Source: Azolla caroliniana (lineage: Eukaryota; Plantae; Polypodiophyta). From it: 64,000 nt of DNA. Shown in pieces: positions 60,182 to 64,000 of this stretch. Every line of letters starts with the position of its first letter. Within the stretch, counting starts at the first letter, position 1. A program made the position numbers and the translations under genes. The stretch is from positions 2,852,001-2,916,000 of the forward strand of contig JBHGNT010000014.1 of the NCBI GenBank assembly GCA_043228905.1, in the 5' to 3' direction. Below the pieces are notes generated by a model that saw only the letters and a program-made list of their open reading frames with translations, ran no database searches and was not told the DNA's origin.

Positions 60182-60222
<41 letters not shown>
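60182..60222. repeat. (GA)n microsatellite
   Basis: About 20 units seen directly. Confidence 0.97.
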
Positions 60223-60227
<5 letters not shown>

Positions 60228-60614
60228 CAGAAATCATGTTAAGAAAATAGTAGTAGACTTTTTTGGAAGAAGAAGCAGAAGAAGCAAATAAAACAAAATG
60301 AGATAAAAGAAGAAGGTAATAATAACAATAAATTGCAAATGTAACAAGAAAGAGAAGAATCCAATAATAAAATAAAATGCATAAATAATAAATAAGATAA
60401 AATAAAATGCATAAATAAATAAATAAATAAATAAAATAAACATGAAGGAATAATATAGAAGTCATTGAAGCAAGGTTATGGAAAAGTAGAGAAATAAAAA
60501 AAAACACAAGCACTAAAAAAAAATCTAAAGAAATAATTAAGAATAATAATAATAATAATAATTGGTAACAAATATGTACATAGTAGCAGGAGTCAGCAGT
60601 GCAGTCATTATAAC

Positions 60615-60755
60615 GGCGGTGTAACGTCCGGCCCACGTCGGGAGGCGCGCCGTCATAGATGACGTCCGAATAACGGCCGGCGTCAAAACAAGCGGCCGCT
60701 CAGGTGCTCATCTTTCAAAAGGGAGGGGGGGGGAGCACGTGGATATTTATTTTAT
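60615..60755 (+). promoter_or_regulatory. Candidate proximal promoter with ACGT-core/G-box elements
   Basis: GC-rich island with AACGTC, CCACGTC, TGACGTC and CACGTGG (60736), followed by AT-rich TATTTAT. Confidence 0.45.
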
Positions 60756-60840
60756 TTAATTATTTAATTCATTTGTTCCCTTAACTAACTAATTAATTAA
60801 TTAATTAATTAATTAAGTAGGTAATTAATTAAGCACCTGC

Positions 60841-62612
60841 ATGCAGAAGAGGTCTTCTTCGTTTCAGAATCCCGCCATGGCCATGGAGAGCTTCCATCGG
60901 AGGAGGAGGAGGAGGAGCTCAGACGCAGAATTAGCAGAATCATTAGCAGAAGCAGAGGCCCTTGCTTACCATCCTGACCTTCTCGAGCTCGCCTCTCAGA
61001 ATGACCTGCAGGGCTTCAAACAGGTTCTCCTGAAGCTTGGCCATGGCAAGGATATGGAGGCATCTTCGATGTGCCTAGGGTTCGGCGTATGGTACTGCCG
61101 CCGCCCCGGCACTCCCTTCATGGCCTGGGAGCAGAGGAATGCAGTCATGATCGCTTCCCTGTATGGGAGCGTGGATGTGTTAATCTATGTGTTGAGTCTC
61201 CTCTCTCGTCACGATCCTGGCCCCAAGGGCACCTCCGAAGAAGGCCATGGCCATCGCCGCATCATCAACACCGCCTCGGCTTCCGATGGTAGCACGGCTC
61301 TGCACTGTGCGGCTTCGGGCGGCTCGGCCCGCTCGGTGGAGACTGTGAGCCTCCTTCTCGCCCATGGAGCAGACCTCGATTCCCCTGACAGCCATGGCAG
61401 GAAGCCATCGGATCTCATATCAGAGCTTCCCGCAGGGATCGGCAAGAAGACATTGGAGAGGTTGTTGAAGAAAGCCAAGAAAAGTGGCCGAGACGAAGAA
61501 GAAGAGCCATTCTATGATCCACATCAGGTAGACGATGATGATGGTGATGGTGATGGTGATGGCTCTTCTTGTAGACCAGATTATCCTGCAGATGACATGG
61601 ATTCATTACCAGTAGGCAGATTATGCTCATTTCGATCATATTCACATGAATCGGCCATTTCCGCGAAGGATTGCAGAGGAGGAGGAGGAGGAGGAGGAGG
61701 GGGATCGAATGGAGGAGTGGCCATGGAGTATCCCATCGACCCGTCCATGCCGGACATAAAGAGCAGTATATCGTCCATCCCGGACATAAGGAGCAGTATA
61801 TCGGTCATCGATCCATCCATCCCGGACATAAAGAGCAGCATATATGCATCGGACGAGTTCCGTATGTACTCCTTCAAGATCCGCCGCTGCTCGAGGTCCT
61901 ACTCACACGATTGGACCGACTGCCCCTTCGTGCACGCGGGCGAGAATGCCCGGCGCAGGGACCCAAGACGGTACCATTACAGCTGTGTGCCATGCCCCGA
62001 TTTCCGGAAGGCTAGTACGTGTAAACGTGGCGATGCGTGCGAGTATGCACACGGGGTCTTCGAATGCTGGCTCCATCCCGCCCAATACCGGACCCGCTTG
62101 TGCAAGGACGGCCCCGCGTGCTCGAGGAGAGTTTGCTTCTTCGCTCACGAGAGCACCGAGCTCCGGCCTTTGTATGTGCCTTCCTTACCATCTCCGACCT
62201 CTCCTTCCATGGATGCACATACCCTAAGCCCGCAATCCGCACGAAACTCTCATAATAGTTCGTCGAATTATGCTACCCATGGGGTAACATCCAATGGTGG
62301 TGGTGCTCGGACATCGTCTAATCATCTCCCGGGTTCAATATGTTCATATAGTTCGAGTCGGCTGAGGCCAGCATTGAATTCTCGTGGGGATGGCTCTTCT
62401 CTAGACGATTTTGGAAGTAGGATGCCCGAGTTGGATGGAAGTGATTTCCCTAACTCTATTTTGGGTATGTCGGAAAGCTTGTTGGCCGGCCACGGTGGGT
62501 TAGACTTAGACACAGCCGTTGACACCGGAAGTAGTGAAATGTCCTCAAGGTATGGGAGCGTGGACCTCCCCATGGAACCCACTAACCTCAATGACTTGTT
62601 TTCATCATCATT

Positions 62613-62645
<33 letters not shown>

Positions 62646-63282
62646 CTCGCCGGAGCTAGGGTTTCCTATGCGTGACTCATCGTCCCCCATTACGGCGGAG
62701 AAGAAACCACACCTCCGTTCACAAATGAGTAGCCGACAAGCATATATGCCCACACCCCCGGAACAAATGCCAACGCAAGGTCCATCAAGGCATTATGGTT
62801 CTAGTTTGGCACCAACACTACTCCTACCGCCCAAGTCTTCTCAATCACAAGATTCTCGGGGGTTGCTTACCCGAAAGATGTCGGGCCTCGAGGAGTTTGA
62901 TGCCCTCGATATAGGGGAGAGTTTAACCCAGAATGGACCCTCGTGTTTTGCGTCCCTCATGTCCACTCGAGGATCATTTGCACAAGGTGACAAGAGGAGT
63001 CATAGCTCTAGACATTTGGTAGCAAGAGAACGGAGTCTTAGCTCTAGACACTTGGAAGCAAGAGAACGGAGTCTTAGCTCTAGACATTTGTTAGCAAGCT
63101 CGTCATTCTCGGATTGGGGATCTCCTACTGGGAAGGCTGAATGGAGCATTCACAAAGATGACCTATCCCGATTTCGAAAGTCCGCATCATTTGGTCTTAC
63201 AGGAATGTCATCAGACCATAGGGACTTCAGGTGGCTTGCCGACCATCATTTGGTCGAGAACAATGAAACAATAACACGGTAA
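60841..63282 (+). CDS. Ankyrin-repeat, arginine-rich tandem CCCH zinc-finger protein (RR-TZF; OXS2/SZF-like subgroup)
   Basis: Ankyrin motifs ([12 protein letters not shown]), [10 protein letters not shown]...[24 protein letters not shown]8CX5CX3H and CX5CX4CX3H fingers, C-terminal [10 protein letters not shown]; intronless 813 aa. Confidence 0.95.
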
Positions 63283-64000
63283 CCACCATAAGAAACTCTT
63301 CTGAAGAAGGTAGTGACAACACGAGAGATGGTGTTGTGCTTGGATCATGGATGGATGACATGCACTCTGGACGAATTGTTGCTTGAAGTACAATTTTTAC
63401 ATAATCTTAGAGTATGCCCTTTCCTCGTGGGCATGGTCTCCAAACACAACATGTTTCTTATTTCTTCATGCCTTGGAGGTGAAAGGGTTCCAAATGTGAT
63501 TTATAGATAATATGTTTAGCAAAGTATATATTGATGCTGAAACAAATACCAAAGGACGAATGTTAATGCCCATGAATTGGGTTATGATCATTAGCCAAGA
63601 TAGCATGCTAACGTGTGATGTAACTAGCCATTGTAAATATAGATATGTATAGATTGTTTGTATTATTTGATTAATTATATCATCCAACAACAATCCCCGC
63701 ACACCATAACATTCAATGCAATTCTAAGACTAGGAATTGCAAAAAGAAATGTACACTTTGGTGGCTTGTTTGTTTGTTACAAAAATACATGTAATTTATA
63801 TTTATTGACAAACAAAGATTTTCCATCTGTCCAATGTTAAATTAATGAAGAAAATGTTCATTTGCCAATAGGCATGCATGAATATGATGATAGTGAAATG
63901 CTCAAATGGATTGAAAGTTAGGAAACACATGCTTGGCTAAGTGACATGCTTCATCGTGCACTATAACACCTTTGGTAAGTACACTATTGAATGATGATGA

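Overview
Eukaryotic plant DNA, probably a non-seed land plant such as a fern (inferred from the TE lineages present). About 55 kb is a nested transposon stack. It holds five copies or parts of a fungal-like (Ylt1-type) Ty3/Gypsy lineage, three with a visible tRNA-Trp PBS; one intact Tcn1/Tf1-like chromovirus with apparently identical LTRs; and an RT-deleted non-chromovirus Gypsy element with a large extra ORF. It also holds one intact and several decayed Ty1/Copia elements, RTE-like LINEs, a tRNA-derived SINE head, a hAT-like element and a TIR-bounded element with a 5-bp TSD. The only clear host gene is an intronless ankyrin + tandem CCCH zinc-finger (RR-TZF) gene at 60841-63282. Main oddities: a circularly permuted 26S rRNA 5' fragment inside a gag gene, CpG-centred 4-bp target sites at five insertions of the Ylt1-like lineage, covarying -1 frameshift pseudoknots, and antisense tRNA-like A/B-box modules in the LTRs of three families. 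All comparisons were made by eye; no database searches were run.
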